A stretch of 64,000 bases of DNA from an uncultured Candidatus Binatia bacterium (GTDB taxonomy: Bacteria; Desulfobacterota; Binatia; Bin18), in NCBI GenBank assembly GCA_965200965.1, contig OZ241744.1, positions 1,472,001 through 1,536,000 on the forward strand, read 5' to 3'. Below, piece by piece: positions 1-10,225 of the stretch. The notes under the pieces were generated by a model. That model ran no database searches and was not told where the DNA came from. It saw nothing but the letters and a program-made list of their open reading frames with translations. Every line of letters begins with the position of its first letter. Position 1 is the stretch's first letter. The position numbers and the translations under genes were made by a program.

Positions 1-222
1 GAGGTTGCCACGCCCCTCGGCATAGCTGACGCGCTCAACGCGGAGTTTCCCGGCCCGGACCAGCGGACTCAGCTCGGTGACAACGATATCGCCGGCCACA
101 TCTTCCTGGGGCGGCGGTACCTCTTTGCTGAGCGAGTTTTGCAGCTTGTCACCGACCGCTACCATGCCGCCCAGCACACGCAGAAAGCGGGCGGTGTTGA
201 GCGTCCAGGTGGTGAGCTCCAT
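1..222 (-). CDS. M20 family metallo-hydrolase, acetylornithine deacetylase-like (5' part; runs off window start)
   Basis: Manual translation from ATG at 222: MELTTWTLNTARFLRVLGGMVAVGDKLQN...PQED...VERVSYAEGRGNL, resembling the N-terminus of ArgE-like deacetylases (QN..P.ED, GRGNL). Not in ORF track. Confidence 0.55.
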   Translation of the reverse strand, partial: MELTTWTLNTARFLRVLGGMVAVGDKLQNSLSKEVPPPQEDVAGDIVVTELSPLVRAGKLRVERVSYAEGRGNL

Positions 223-253
223 ACCCGGCTTGCTCGCCAACGGCCCAGGGCGC

Positions 254-662
254 TTAGATGCCTTCGGCGTCAAAGACTTCCTTGGCAACCTGAAAGGCGT
301 TGACCGCGGCCGGCACGCCGGCGTAGAAAGCCATCTGCATCAGGATCTCGATGATCTCTTCCTTGCTCAGGCCGATGTTGAGGCCGTTGGCGATATGGGC
401 TTTGAGCTGTGGCAGGCGTTGCATGGAGGTCAGGGCCGCGATTACGGCCACACTGCGCAGCTTGAGTTCAAGGCCCGGTCGCCCCCCAGACCTTGCCAAA
501 CACGACCTCGTTCAGCAGGTCCTCCAAATCGGGCGACAGTTCTGCCAGCGCGGTGGTCGACCCGCCGTAGCGTTTCCCGCTCAGCTTCTTACGGATCGCA
601 AGGCCCTTTCGATAGGCCGCAGTTTTCGGGGTGGCTCTTTTCCTGGCCGGTGCTTTTGCCAT
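254..662 (-). pseudogene. carboxymuconolactone decarboxylase (CMD) family protein, split by a +1 frameshift in a G6 run
   Basis: ORF 468..728 (from M at 662: ...LNEVVFGKVWG) joins ORF 254..499 (RPGLELKLRS...FYAGVPAAVNAF) if one base is removed from the C6 run at 482-487. May be a sequencing error. Confidence 0.75.
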
Positions 663-833
663 ACTTCCTCCCTGTTGGTGATGTTCGGTCGCTCGCAGAC
701 TATAACCTAGGCCGGGCGGGGGGCACAAGCGAGGCTGGACCGGCGGCTTGACAGGCCGGACAGCGGCATGTTCAAAACGAGTGTGGTGTCGCTACGATCG
801 GTGAGATGCAACAGACAGTGAAGGAGGGACGCT

Positions 834-1901
834 GTGAAATTTGGCCTTTTTTACCAACTCCCGTGCGCGGACGACCAGTCCGCCGTCGTCCGCTACCGAG
901 AGACGATTGAACAGGTCCAGTACGGCGACGAGCTTGGCTTCGGCTGCGCTTGGCTGGCTGAGCTGCATTTTTATAAACCCTTCTCGATCTTGTCCTCGCC
1001 CCTGATTGTGGCCACCGCCATTGCCCAGAAAACCCGCACTATTCGGCTCGGCATCGCTGTCAGCCTGCTGCCGCTGTGGCACCCCTTACGGAGTGCCGAG
1101 GACGGCGCAACCGTAGACATTCTGAGCGACGGACGGCTGGAGTTTGGCGTTGGCCGAGGCGCAATCCCGCTCCACTTTGCCGGCTTTGGCGCTTCCCGCG
1201 AGGAGAGCCGCCAGCGGTTTGAAGAGTCGCTGGAGATCATCAAAAAAGCCTGGACGACCGAGTCTTTCTCGTATGACGGGCAGTTCTACCACATCCCCGA
1301 GACGAGTGTCGTTCCCAAGCCCCTCCAAAAGCCTCACCCGCCGCTGCGGATCGCCGCCAACAGCCCGGAGACCGCGGTGTTTGCCGGCCAGCAGCACTAT
1401 CCGATCTTTGTCGCCTCGGTCACCAACCCGCTGCCCCGTATGTATGATCAGGTTGACCGCTACCGGGAAGCCTGGGCGGCTGGTCCACGCGCAAACGGTG
1501 AGGCCGGGCCGGATGTCTCGACTATGTTCTTCATGCGACCGGGCGACAGTCTGGCCGAGGTCCAAGACGCGATTGAGCCCAGCCTGAACAATTATTTCCA
1601 GAGCGTGTCGGGCATGGTCCGGGCGGCCGTGGACGCCGAGAGCGGCTCAGACAGCTACCGCTATCTGCAGGAAGTCCAGAAAAATGTGGACAGCCTGAGC
1701 TTTGAGACGATGACCGGGAACATGGCAGTTTTTGGCTCGCCGGCCGCGTGTATTGAGCGCATCAGGGCACTCCATGAGCGGCTCAACATGCGGGAGCTGA
1801 TCTGCTGGTTTAATCCTGGCGGCAAGGTCCCGCATACACAAGTCATGGCCGCGATGGCCCGCTTTGCCACGGAGGTCGCGCCGGCGGTCCAAGACCTGTA
1901 A
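834..1901 (+). CDS. LLM class flavin-dependent oxidoreductase
   Basis: MKFGLF..., AWLAELHF, HPLRSAEDGATVDILSDGRLEFGVGRG; RBS aaggagg upstream. Confidence 0.92.
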   Translation: MKFGLFYQLPCADDQSAVVRYRETIEQVQYGDELGFGCAWLAELHFYKPFSILSSPLIVATAIAQKTRTIRLGIAVSLLPLWHPLRSAEDGATVDILSDGRLEFGVGRGAIPLHFAGFGASREESRQRFEESLEIIKKAWTTESFSYDGQFYHIPETSVVPKPLQKPHPPLRIAANSPETAVFAGQQHYPIFVASVTNPLPRMYDQVDRYREAWAAGPRANGEAGPDVSTMFFMRPGDSLAEVQDAIEPSLNNYFQSVSGMVRAAVDAESGSDSYRYLQEVQKNVDSLSFETMTGNMAVFGSPAACIERIRALHERLNMRELICWFNPGGKVPHTQVMAAMARFATEVAPAVQDL

Positions 1902-1997
1902 GCATTCGTCTTTCGCTTGACAAGCCGAGGCGAGAGGCTGATAAGAGAGGCTGGTGTCAGAGCACAGACAGGCCAGACCAGTTCAGAGGAGGGCAGT

Positions 1998-3269
1998 ATG
2001 GGACGGACTTTTTTTCGCGGGGCAAATCTGATTGACGGGCTCCACAGACCCAAAGCCAACGCCACCGTGGTGGTTGAGGGCAAGCGCATTAGTGCGGTGG
2101 GGGTGGGCGGGCGGGTGCCCAAACCGACCGCTCAAGACACGGTATATGATCTGAATGGCAAATCGCTGATGCCGGGCATGGTCCAGAGCCACTACCATGT
2201 GGCTTACGCCAATATCAGCGATCTGAACGACATTGATATGAAATACCACCCGACCCATCTGGCGCTGATTGCGGCCAAAAACGCCGAGTTGCTGCTGCGC
2301 AGCGGTTTCACCGGCGCGGTCGGGGCCGGGACACTGCACAATATCGACGTCTCGCTCAAGAAGGCGATCAATGCGGGGCTGATTCCCGGCCCGCGTTTCA
2401 TGGCCGGCGGCCGCGATGTGGTCACGACCGGTGACTCGGTTGATAGCCATCCGTCATTCTGGAACCTCAAGATGGAAGGGCTGGCCCATATCTGTGACGG
2501 CCCGGCCGAGTTCCGCAAGGCCGTCCGCAGCGAGATCAAACAGGGCGTGGACATCATCAAGCTGTACCCGACCGGCGGGCACGGCTTGCCCTGGCCGATC
2601 GAGACCATGACCATGAGTCAGGACGAGATTGAGGCGGCATCCAACGCCACCCACGAACGGGGCAAAAAGATCCGCGGCCATATCTGCTCCACCAAAGGCA
2701 TCAAGGCCGCCATCAAGGCCAAGGTCGATCTGATTGACCACGGCGACCGTTTAGACCAAGAATGCATTGACCTGATGGTCGAGAACGGGACGTTCCTGAC
2801 GCCCAGCCTGTACTTCCCGTGGATGGTGGTTGAGGAGCACAAACGCAGCGGCAAGGTCATGTGGGACGAGATTGAGGGCATGAGCCGTGGGGTTGACAAC
2901 TTTGCCAAGATGCTGCCCAAGGCCAATACAGCCGGCGTCAAGCTCTTGGTTGGGGATGATTTCGGTATCTCGATCATGCCCCACGGCGACTATGCCAAAG
3001 AACTCGAAGCCTATGTCGAAGGCGCGGGCATCAGTCCGCTGGATGTCATTCGCTGGGCGACGGTCAACGGCGCGGACCTGATGGGCATGAAGGACGAGCT
3101 GGGATCAATTGAGGCCGGTAAGCTGGCCGACCTGCTGGTGGTCAACGGCAATCCGGCCAGAGACATCACCGTCCTCCAGGATCGCAACAAGCTGGAGGTC
3201 ATCATGAAGGGCGGCGAGATGTTTACATGCCAACTCAGCCCGGGCAAGGTTCAACTCAAAGCCGCCTAA
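1998..3269 (+). CDS. metal-dependent amidohydrolase (amidohydrolase-1, Xaa-Pro dipeptidase-like)
   Basis: LMPGMVQSHYH (HxH), IKLYPTGG, IDHG, GDD, GSIEAGKLADLLVV; start at ATG 1998 after ggaggag. Confidence 0.9.
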   Translation: MGRTFFRGANLIDGLHRPKANATVVVEGKRISAVGVGGRVPKPTAQDTVYDLNGKSLMPGMVQSHYHVAYANISDLNDIDMKYHPTHLALIAAKNAELLLRSGFTGAVGAGTLHNIDVSLKKAINAGLIPGPRFMAGGRDVVTTGDSVDSHPSFWNLKMEGLAHICDGPAEFRKAVRSEIKQGVDIIKLYPTGGHGLPWPIETMTMSQDEIEAASNATHERGKKIRGHICSTKGIKAAIKAKVDLIDHGDRLDQECIDLMVENGTFLTPSLYFPWMVVEEHKRSGKVMWDEIEGMSRGVDNFAKMLPKANTAGVKLLVGDDFGISIMPHGDYAKELEAYVEGAGISPLDVIRWATVNGADLMGMKDELGSIEAGKLADLLVVNGNPARDITVLQDRNKLEVIMKGGEMFTCQLSPGKVQLKAA

Positions 3270-3364
3270 GCGGCAGGCTGCGGGGGCGGGTCGGCCCTGC
3301 TCCCGGCCTGTCTTGCCCACCCCTTATCCGCCCCCGATTTTTCCTTGTCCAGGAGACGCACCCC

Positions 3365-4495
3365 ATGAGCCGGATTATTGATGCCGACAGTCATTTCATG
3401 GAGCCGCTTGACCTGTGGGAGCGTTACATCGAACCGCAGTACCGGCCACGGTGTTTACGCTTTCGCCAGGAGGCCGACGGTCGCTACATCATGCTGGTCA
3501 ATGAAGACAAACAGGTTCGCGGGGTTGGCGAGTTCAGCATGGAACAGATGCTCGGGGTGGGCGTGGGCTACGGCCAAAAGGAGGAAGGCTCGGGCCTGGG
3601 CCACTTTGATTTTTCCGCGGCCTTCAACAACAGCCTCGAAGACATGGGTACCCGTGTCGCCTTCCTTGACCGGGAGGGCATGGCCTGTCAGTTCATCTAT
3701 CCCACCCTGGGTCTGCTGTGGGAGGGCCAAGTCACCGACCCCGAACTGGCCGCGGCCCACTGCCGGGCCTACAACACCTGGGCCCTGGAGGTGTGCGCTC
3801 CCCATCGGAAGCGGCTCTTTCCGGTCGGCCACATCTCCCTGCGTCATCCACCGGCGGCCGTCCAGGAACTTGAGCGTCTGGCCCGGGCCGGGGTGCGAGC
3901 GGTGTTTGTCGGCGCACTCCCGGTTGAGGGCAAGAGCTTTGGCTGTCCTGATTTTGATCCGATTTGGGCCAGCGCCGAAGGACTGGACCTGGCTGTTGGC
4001 CTTCATCTGGTTGTGCATCGCAACTATGTCGGCCACGACTGGTACGAAGACCGTCGGCCAGGCTTCATGTACCTCAGCATGAACACCATCCAGGACCCGC
4101 GTATCGCGCTGACCACGATGGTCTACGACGGGGTATTTGAGCGCTTCCCGCGGCTGCGGGTAGCCACGATTGAGGCGGCCAGCGGCTGGGTTGTTGAGTG
4201 GGTTGACCGGCTCGATTATCGCTACAGCTATATGGGCCATACCTGCCAGATGAAGCGGCCGGCCAGCGAGTATTTTGAGCGGAATATCTGGATTGGGGCA
4301 GACCCGGAAGAACGCCTGCTGCCCTATATGATTGAGTTGCTCGGCGACCACAAGTTTTTCATTGGCTCGGATTACCCGCACGCCGAGGGCTTTGTCGAGC
4401 CGGTTGCCAAAGCCCGCACGGCGCTCCAGACCTTATCACCGGCCTCGGTGGATAAAATCCTGGGCGAGAATGCGGTGCAGTTTTTTGGGGTCTGA
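3365..4495 (+). CDS. amidohydrolase-2 family protein
   Basis: IIDADSHFMEP, GVFERFPRLRVATIEA, GSDYPHAEG; start ATG 3365 after aggag. Confidence 0.9.
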   Translation: MSRIIDADSHFMEPLDLWERYIEPQYRPRCLRFRQEADGRYIMLVNEDKQVRGVGEFSMEQMLGVGVGYGQKEEGSGLGHFDFSAAFNNSLEDMGTRVAFLDREGMACQFIYPTLGLLWEGQVTDPELAAAHCRAYNTWALEVCAPHRKRLFPVGHISLRHPPAAVQELERLARAGVRAVFVGALPVEGKSFGCPDFDPIWASAEGLDLAVGLHLVVHRNYVGHDWYEDRRPGFMYLSMNTIQDPRIALTTMVYDGVFERFPRLRVATIEAASGWVVEWVDRLDYRYSYMGHTCQMKRPASEYFERNIWIGADPEERLLPYMIELLGDHKFFIGSDYPHAEGFVEPVAKARTALQTLSPASVDKILGENAVQFFGV

Positions 4496-4505
4496 AAAGC
4501 CGCGT

Positions 4506-5237
4506 TTATGCTTTTGCGGCCGTGAAGCCAGTGACCGGTGGCTTGGCCATAAAGGCGTCCCAGAACGGGTCATCCCGCTGGGAAGGGTGTAGATAGGGGC
4601 CGACCCACTGAAAATCGGCAAAGCCGGCTTGGTGAAAGGCGGCCCGGTAGGTCTCCGGTGTCAGAAAGAAGTTCCTGAAGGCAAACTGCCGCCCGTCTTC
4701 GTTGGTAAACCGGTACTCAATCGCGTCCCCCTCTGCGGGAGGATGGGCGCAGCTTCTCTCAAAGCCGTACTGTGCCCAGGAGTCGGTTTCAGCCGGCGGC
4801 AGCCGCACGTTATCGTTGAAGCCGACAAAGCGCCCTCCGGGCCGTAAGACCCTGGAAGCGGCCTCGCAGAAGCGCAGGAGTTCGCCTCCGGTCTTGGCAT
4901 AATTCAGCAGATACATGGCCACCACGACCTCAACCGCCTCGAGTTCCAGGTCTGCCACATCCTGATGCAGATAGGCACAGCCGAGCGGGCGAACCCGTTC
5001 TTCTTCCTCTGCCAGCCGGATCATTTCACCAGAAATATCCACCCCGGTGACGTGCGCGGCCCCGGCTTGCCTGATTTTGCGGGTGTAAAACCCTTCGCCG
5101 CAGGCCAAGTCCACCACTTGCCTGCCCCGAATGTCTCCCAGGGTTTCAAACAGAGTATATTCTTCTATGTATTTGCGCCACGGCAGGCGTTTGGAGTCTC
5201 GGTAGGCGGTGGCAATGAAGTCGTACTCGTGACTCAT
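4506..5237 (-). CDS. class I SAM-dependent methyltransferase
   Basis: VVDLACGEG motif I, GVDISGEMI, LRPGGRF; probable start ATG 5237. Confidence 0.88.
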   Translation of the reverse strand: MSHEYDFIATAYRDSKRLPWRKYIEEYTLFETLGDIRGRQVVDLACGEGFYTRKIRQAGAAHVTGVDISGEMIRLAEEEERVRPLGCAYLHQDVADLELEAVEVVVAMYLLNYAKTGGELLRFCEAASRVLRPGGRFVGFNDNVRLPPAETDSWAQYGFERSCAHPPAEGDAIEYRFTNEDGRQFAFRNFFLTPETYRAAFHQAGFADFQWVGPYLHPSQRDDPFWDAFMAKPPVTGFTAAKA

Positions 5238-5308
5238 GGGCGGACACTCCGGTGCTGATTCAAGAATCTTGGGCTGCGGCACTTCACCAGCCATTCCCTC
5301 CGCGTCAC

Positions 5309-5779
5309 TCAGCTCTCCTCTTCCAGCAGCTCGTCCAACTGGACCAGGATGCCGTCCGGGTCGCACAGGAAGGCGCTGTGAAACGTGCCGTCCGCGGTCT
5401 TGGCCTTACTGGGCGGGACGACAAACTCGGCCCCTTTGGCTTTCAACTCCTCATACACGCCCGGCAGGTCTTCAACCCAGAAAGCAAAATGGTGGACGCC
5501 GATCTGGTCAAGCTTGATCGGCTCGCCACTGACCGGCCTATCAGAGTGTTCCGACAGGACCAGAAACGCCTCGTCTTTGCCGCGTTTCCAGTACAGGGTG
5601 GCCACCCGGCGCTGGTCGTGGGGGTCTTTATACAGGGCCGGCAGCACCGTGCCCCGGGTGGGCTGGATTTCGTCTCGGACGACCTCAAAACCCAGCAGGT
5701 CCCGGTAGAAGGCCAGGGACTTGTCCATATCCCGGACGCCGACCGCAATGTGTGAGACGCCTCTGGTTTTCATGCGCAT
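5309..5779 (-). CDS. VOC / glyoxalase family protein
   Basis: SHIAVGVRDMDKSLAFYRDLLG, HHFAFWVED, DPDGILVQL. Confidence 0.9.
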   Translation of the reverse strand: MRMKTRGVSHIAVGVRDMDKSLAFYRDLLGFEVVRDEIQPTRGTVLPALYKDPHDQRRVATLYWKRGKDEAFLVLSEHSDRPVSGEPIKLDQIGVHHFAFWVEDLPGVYEELKAKGAEFVVPPSKAKTADGTFHSAFLCDPDGILVQLDELLEEES

Positions 5780-5982
5780 TCCCTCCTGTTCCCTTGTCTG
5801 CCAGCTGAGGGTGAAAGTCAAGTGCGACAGGGCGCTGCCGGGACTTTACAAGCCGGCCGTGGGCTGGGACAGTGGTGGAAAGCTCAGGAGACATGTGGCG
5901 AGGACCGGACGCCAGGCCGAGGGAATCAGCTGGGGAGCTCATCCGGGGCGTGTTGAGCGATTGACAGGAGATTGTGTCAGCC

Positions 5983-6615
5983 ATGTACGCGCGTGTTATT
6001 CCGCTGCACTTCAAGCCGGACTCTATAGACGACTTTTTGACCGTATATCAGAAGAGCGCCGTTCCCGAGCTGCTCAAGCGCCGGGGGTTTGGCGGCGCTT
6101 TGGCCTTGACCGATGGGGCCTCACAGCGCGGTCTGCTGGTCTCGCTGTGGGAGGGGCCGGACGAACTGCGGCGCTCGCAGCCGCCCAGCCAGCGCATCCT
6201 GTCGGCCATGCTGCTGCCCTTTCTGGCCCGGCCGCCGACGCCCGTCCACTATGAGGTGTGTGTCGAGGCCGGCCGGCATATCGGCGGACGGGTGGCCCGC
6301 ACGCTGAGCCTGCCGATAGCCGGCACCCGGCTTGACGAGGCGCTGGCAGTGTATACCGAAACGCTGCTGCCCGAACTGAAGCGACAGGCCGGAAGCGGCC
6401 TTGGCCTGAGCCTGTGGACCTCGGCCGAGGCGATGCGGGCGGCTGACGAGCCGGGCGCGTTTTTTCCGCGCGCAGCCCAAGCCTTGGCCGCGTTTTTTCA
6501 GGTCCCGCCGGAGCGGGGCTATTATACGGTCAGCAGTCAGCTCCAGGTTGCCGGGCCTGGACAAAGGCTTTCTTCTCCCAGCCCTGCTCATACGGCGTCC
6601 AAAAGCTGGGGGTGA
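5983..6615 (+). CDS. hypothetical protein with two ABM-like (dimeric alpha/beta barrel) repeats; second repeat appears shortened
   Basis: Internal repeat ARVIPL...PELLKRRGF...VSLWE versus VARTLSL...PELKRQAG...LSLWT; 3' end overlaps the convergent gene. Confidence 0.5.
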   Translation: MYARVIPLHFKPDSIDDFLTVYQKSAVPELLKRRGFGGALALTDGASQRGLLVSLWEGPDELRRSQPPSQRILSAMLLPFLARPPTPVHYEVCVEAGRHIGGRVARTLSLPIAGTRLDEALAVYTETLLPELKRQAGSGLGLSLWTSAEAMRAADEPGAFFPRAAQALAAFFQVPPERGYYTVSSQLQVAGPGQRLSSPSPAHTASKSWG

Positions 6616-7024
6616 CGCTGAGACGCTGAAACTTCCACTCGCCGTTCACCCGCACATAGGCTTCGGTGTAGGTCGCCGCCCCCCAGACGGCCTGCGTATG
6701 CTTGGCATAGGTGCAGGCCTGGAACAGATACCATTTGCCGGTAGCCGTATCGCCGTGGACCTCAATCCGCGGATTCATGACATAGTGGAGGGCAAAGGGG
6801 AGCTGGTGTGGGGCACCGGAGAAAAACTTGCGGATGGCCGCCTGTCCTGCGCAGGTGCCAAATACCTCTCCTCCGTCCCACACCCCGTCTTCGACAAACA
6901 GACCGGCGATGCCGTCCGGGTCATAGCCGTCATCACAAAAAGCGCAGTAGCGGGCTTTGAGACGTTTGATCGCTTCGGTATCTTCGAGGACCTGGAGTCG
7001 TCGGGATAGTGTTTCGAGATTCAT
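6530..7024 (-). CDS. SnoaL-like / NTF2 family protein
   Basis: From ATG 7024: LEDTEAIKRLKARYCAFCDD...LFVEDGVWD...HYVMNPRIEVHGDTATGKWY...GEWKF. Confidence 0.88.
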   Translation of the reverse strand: MNLETLSRRLQVLEDTEAIKRLKARYCAFCDDGYDPDGIAGLFVEDGVWDGGEVFGTCAGQAAIRKFFSGAPHQLPFALHYVMNPRIEVHGDTATGKWYLFQACTYAKHTQAVWGAATYTEAYVRVNGEWKFQRLSVTPSFWTPYEQGWEKKAFVQARQPGADC

Positions 7025-7132
7025 GCTGGCCCAATTAGTCCAGGGCTGGCCGATTGTCAAGCTGGCGACGCCCGTCTCGACTCGTTCCTTGCCGCGGCTT
7101 GTGCTACGGTCCGGCCGAGGGAAGGAGGAACA

Positions 7133-8128
7133 ATGACACATAACATTTCGGTTGGCATTGATTGGCAGGGCAGGATTGATTACCCCGCGATTATTGAACG
7201 GGTGAAAATTGCCGACGCGGCCGGGGTCCACTCGGTCTGGATTCCCGAGGCCTGGGGGCGGGACGCCTTTACGATTCTCTCGGTCCTGGCCTACGAGACC
7301 AAACACATTCAGCTCGGCACCGGGATTGTGAACATCTACTCCCGCACCCCGGCCGCGCTGGCTCAGCATTTTGCAACCCTGGACGAGTTGTCCGGCGGGC
7401 GGATGATTATTGGTCTGGGGACGAGCGGGGCGCAGGTGATTGAGCACTTTCATGGCGTGCCCTTTGAGCCACCGCGCACCCGGCTCAAGGAGTACATCGA
7501 GATCATCAACACCCTGATGAAGGGCGAGAAGCTGAACTACCAGGGCAAACTGTTCAATTTGCAGCGCGGCTTTACCCTGCGTTTTCCGCCGGTGCGCAAC
7601 CAGATTCCCATCTATCTGGCGACCCTGAACGCCAAAAGCCTCAAGCTGACCGCCGAGCTGGCGGACGGCTGGTTGCCGATCTGGTTGCCGATGAAGCAGC
7701 TCAAGGCGGAAATCGGCACCGTGCGCAGCATGAGCGTCGCTGCCGGTCGGCCGGTCAACGCCGTCTCGGTCCGCGCGCCGAGCGCGGTGGCCGTCACCCC
7801 GCACGCAGACAAGGCGCGGGCCGCTCACGCCGGCACAGCGGCCTTCTACATTGGCCGGATGGGGGTCTATTATGCCGCCCAACTGACCCGGCTGGGCTAT
7901 GGCGAGACGGTCGAGAAGGTCAAAAGTGCCTGGCAGAACGGCTCACGCGCCGCGGCCGAGGCGGTCGGCGACGAGCTCGTCAATGACACCTTGTGTGCCG
8001 GCCCGGTTGAAGCCTGCCTTGAGCGGATGCAGGCCCAGGAAGAGTGCGGGGTTGATATCCACACCGTCAGCGTTGAGGCCGCGGACAACGCGGAATACGA
8101 GCGCATCCTGACCCGGCTGGTCGGCTAG
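7133..8128 (+). CDS. LLM class flavin/F420-dependent oxidoreductase
   Basis: VWIPEAWGRDAF, LGTGIVNIYSRTPA, LGTSGAQVIE, AELADGW; RBS aaggagg. Confidence 0.92.
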   Translation: MTHNISVGIDWQGRIDYPAIIERVKIADAAGVHSVWIPEAWGRDAFTILSVLAYETKHIQLGTGIVNIYSRTPAALAQHFATLDELSGGRMIIGLGTSGAQVIEHFHGVPFEPPRTRLKEYIEIINTLMKGEKLNYQGKLFNLQRGFTLRFPPVRNQIPIYLATLNAKSLKLTAELADGWLPIWLPMKQLKAEIGTVRSMSVAAGRPVNAVSVRAPSAVAVTPHADKARAAHAGTAAFYIGRMGVYYAAQLTRLGYGETVEKVKSAWQNGSRAAAEAVGDELVNDTLCAGPVEACLERMQAQEECGVDIHTVSVEAADNAEYERILTRLVG

Positions 8129-8216
8129 GTCCTGTCCTTTCGCAGCAGCCGGCCGAGTTGTCCCGAGAAGTTCGGCTGGTTGCGGCCATTCACTACGGGT
8201 AACGCGGGAGAAAAGC

Positions 8217-9518
8217 ATGGACATGCTATGGCGATTGCCTATGGCAATTGTGGAAGACTCAATCGCGTTCTCTTTCGCGTTGGTCATTGGCTTGGTTTTG
8301 ATTCTGGCCTTGTTGGCCCGATTTGTGGGACGCTTCCAGCGTTTCGGGGGGCTAGAGCGTTCCGGCCCTACCTTACTGGCCACCTTGGGCGTCCTTGGCA
8401 CTTTTGTCGGGGTTGCGATCGGGCTCCTTGATTTTGACGTGAGGAACATTGATGCAAGCGTCCCTCAGTTATTGGCTGGGCTCAAGATCGCATTCCTGAG
8501 CAGTATTATCGGCTTGGCTGCATCAATCATTCTAAAAGCCGTGCAAGCGACCACGCCGGGGGCCGATACGGAAGAAGCAGAGGTCACGCCGGAGGCTATC
8601 CATGCCACCCTGATCGCTATTCAAAAAGGAATCGACACAGCGGCAGCCCAAGAACGCGATTCGCTTGAACATTTACGCAAGTCAATTTCTGCCGATAGCG
8701 ACAGCAGCCTTCTTACCCAGGTCCAAAAATTGAGAACGGATTTCCAAGACGGCCAGACAGAGTTGATAACAGAGTTTCGTCAATTCGCGGAGACTATGGC
8801 CAAGAATAATTCACAGGCTCTCATTGAAGCTCTTGAACAGGTCATTCGCGACTTCAACACACAACTGAATGAACAGTTCGGCGACAATTTCAAGCAGCTT
8901 AACGAAGCGGTGGGGAAGCTCCTGGCTTGGCAAGACAATTATCGGGAGCACGTCGAGGCTTTGGAAAGTCGGCTTGAGAAAGCGGTTCAAGCAACCGAGG
9001 CTTCAGAACAAGCACTCGGCGAGATTGCAGGCCACACGAGGCAGATTCCTGAGACCCTGCAAAGCCTGCGGGACATTCTGAAGGGGCTGGACGAACATCT
9101 GACAACCGTTGCGGAACTGAAGGACAAGGCTATAGCGGCTTTCCCCGTGATTGACGACAAACTCAAAGAACTGACAGACCGGCTCGGAGAATCGGTTGAG
9201 CGGTCTGACAATGCCCTCCAGCGTCAGCAGGAGGCTCACAACGCGCTTCACCGGGGCTTCGACACGCTCCTGGAGCACTCTCAGCAGTCCCACCAGCAAT
9301 TCGAGGACGCCCTCAAGGATGCTCTGTCAAGGGCGGCTTCCGGGATCGAAGCTCAGCTTGGCAGACTGAACCAGGAAATGGAGCGGACGCTGCACGAGAG
9401 TATCCAGAGCATGGGACAAAAGCTGGCGTCGCTGTCTGAAAAATTCGTCGAAGACTACGGTCCCCTGACCGAAAAGCTCCATAAGGTGGTTCAGATGGCG
9501 CAGAGACCAGGCGCATGA
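8217..9518 (+). CDS. zorA: Zorya ZorA (MotA/TolQ/ExbB-like channel with long helical tail)
   Basis: TM segments LGVLGTFVGVAIGL...AGLKIAFLSSIIG, followed by ALIEALEQVIRDFNTQLNEQFGDNFKQLNEAVGKLLAWQDNYR; in operon with MotB-like and HNH genes. Confidence 0.85.
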   Translation: MDMLWRLPMAIVEDSIAFSFALVIGLVLILALLARFVGRFQRFGGLERSGPTLLATLGVLGTFVGVAIGLLDFDVRNIDASVPQLLAGLKIAFLSSIIGLAASIILKAVQATTPGADTEEAEVTPEAIHATLIAIQKGIDTAAAQERDSLEHLRKSISADSDSSLLTQVQKLRTDFQDGQTELITEFRQFAETMAKNNSQALIEALEQVIRDFNTQLNEQFGDNFKQLNEAVGKLLAWQDNYREHVEALESRLEKAVQATEASEQALGEIAGHTRQIPETLQSLRDILKGLDEHLTTVAELKDKAIAAFPVIDDKLKELTDRLGESVERSDNALQRQQEAHNALHRGFDTLLEHSQQSHQQFEDALKDALSRAASGIEAQLGRLNQEMERTLHESIQSMGQKLASLSEKFVEDYGPLTEKLHKVVQMAQRPGA

Positions 9519-10225
9519 TGACGGTGGAAAAGCTGTTTGGTCGCCGTGCATCGTCTGACGACGAGCACTGGATGTCTGTTGCCGACCTGATGGCCGGCCT
9601 GATGGTCATTTTTCTGTTTATTGCTATCACCTATATCCGGCCTATTGTCGAAATCCAGTCCAAGATTCGGAACATTGTCGTCGCCTGGAAAGACTCGGAG
9701 GTGGAAATCTACGAGGCGTTGAATGAGGAGTTCAAGAACGAGCTGCCGAGATGGTACGCAGAACTGGACCGGAATACCTTGTCTATACGTTTTAAGGCTC
9801 CTGAGATTTTGTTTGACTCGGCAACCGCGGCACTGAAACCCGATTTCAAATTCATCCTGGCCGAATTTTTCCCTCGCTATCTCAACGTACTGTCTCAGTT
9901 CAAGGGCGCGATTGCGGAAGTTCGCCTTGAGGGCCACACATCGTCCGAGTGGGAGGGGGCCACAACCAGGGACGAAGCGTATTTCAGGAATATGGAACTT
10001 TCGCAAGCCAGGACCAGAACGGTTTTGGAATACTGTCTCGGGCTGCCGTTGGTTGAGCCGTACAAGGACTGGGCGCGCGGGCTGATTACCGCCAACGGCC
10101 TTTCTTCCAGCCGTCTGATTTTCCGGGATTCCACAGAGGATAAGCCCAGCTCGCGACGCGTTGAATTCAGGGTCCGCACCAATACCAAGGAACAGATTGT
10201 CAGAGTTCTGGAGACAATAGAATGA
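9515..10225 (+). CDS. zorB: Zorya ZorB (MotB TM plus OmpA-like domain)
   Basis: WMSVADLMAGLMVIFLFI, EVRLEGHTSSEW, NMELSQARTR, SRRVEFRV; ATGA overlap with zorA. Confidence 0.88.
   Translation: MMTVEKLFGRRASSDDEHWMSVADLMAGLMVIFLFIAITYIRPIVEIQSKIRNIVVAWKDSEVEIYEALNEEFKNELPRWYAELDRNTLSIRFKAPEILFDSATAALKPDFKFILAEFFPRYLNVLSQFKGAIAEVRLEGHTSSEWEGATTRDEAYFRNMELSQARTRTVLEYCLGLPLVEPYKDWARGLITANGLSSSRLIFRDSTEDKPSSRRVEFRVRTNTKEQIVRVLETIE

Noticed and set aside
7025-7882. 450-aa ORF 6530..7882 as one protein
   Set aside because: The upstream part is antisense to the LLM gene; only 6530-7024 resembles a SnoaL-like protein.
834-8128. LLM/amidohydrolase/methyltransferase/SnoaL genes as a biosynthetic gene cluster
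   Set aside because: Mixed orientations and no scaffold-forming enzyme; these look like scattered catabolic paralogs.
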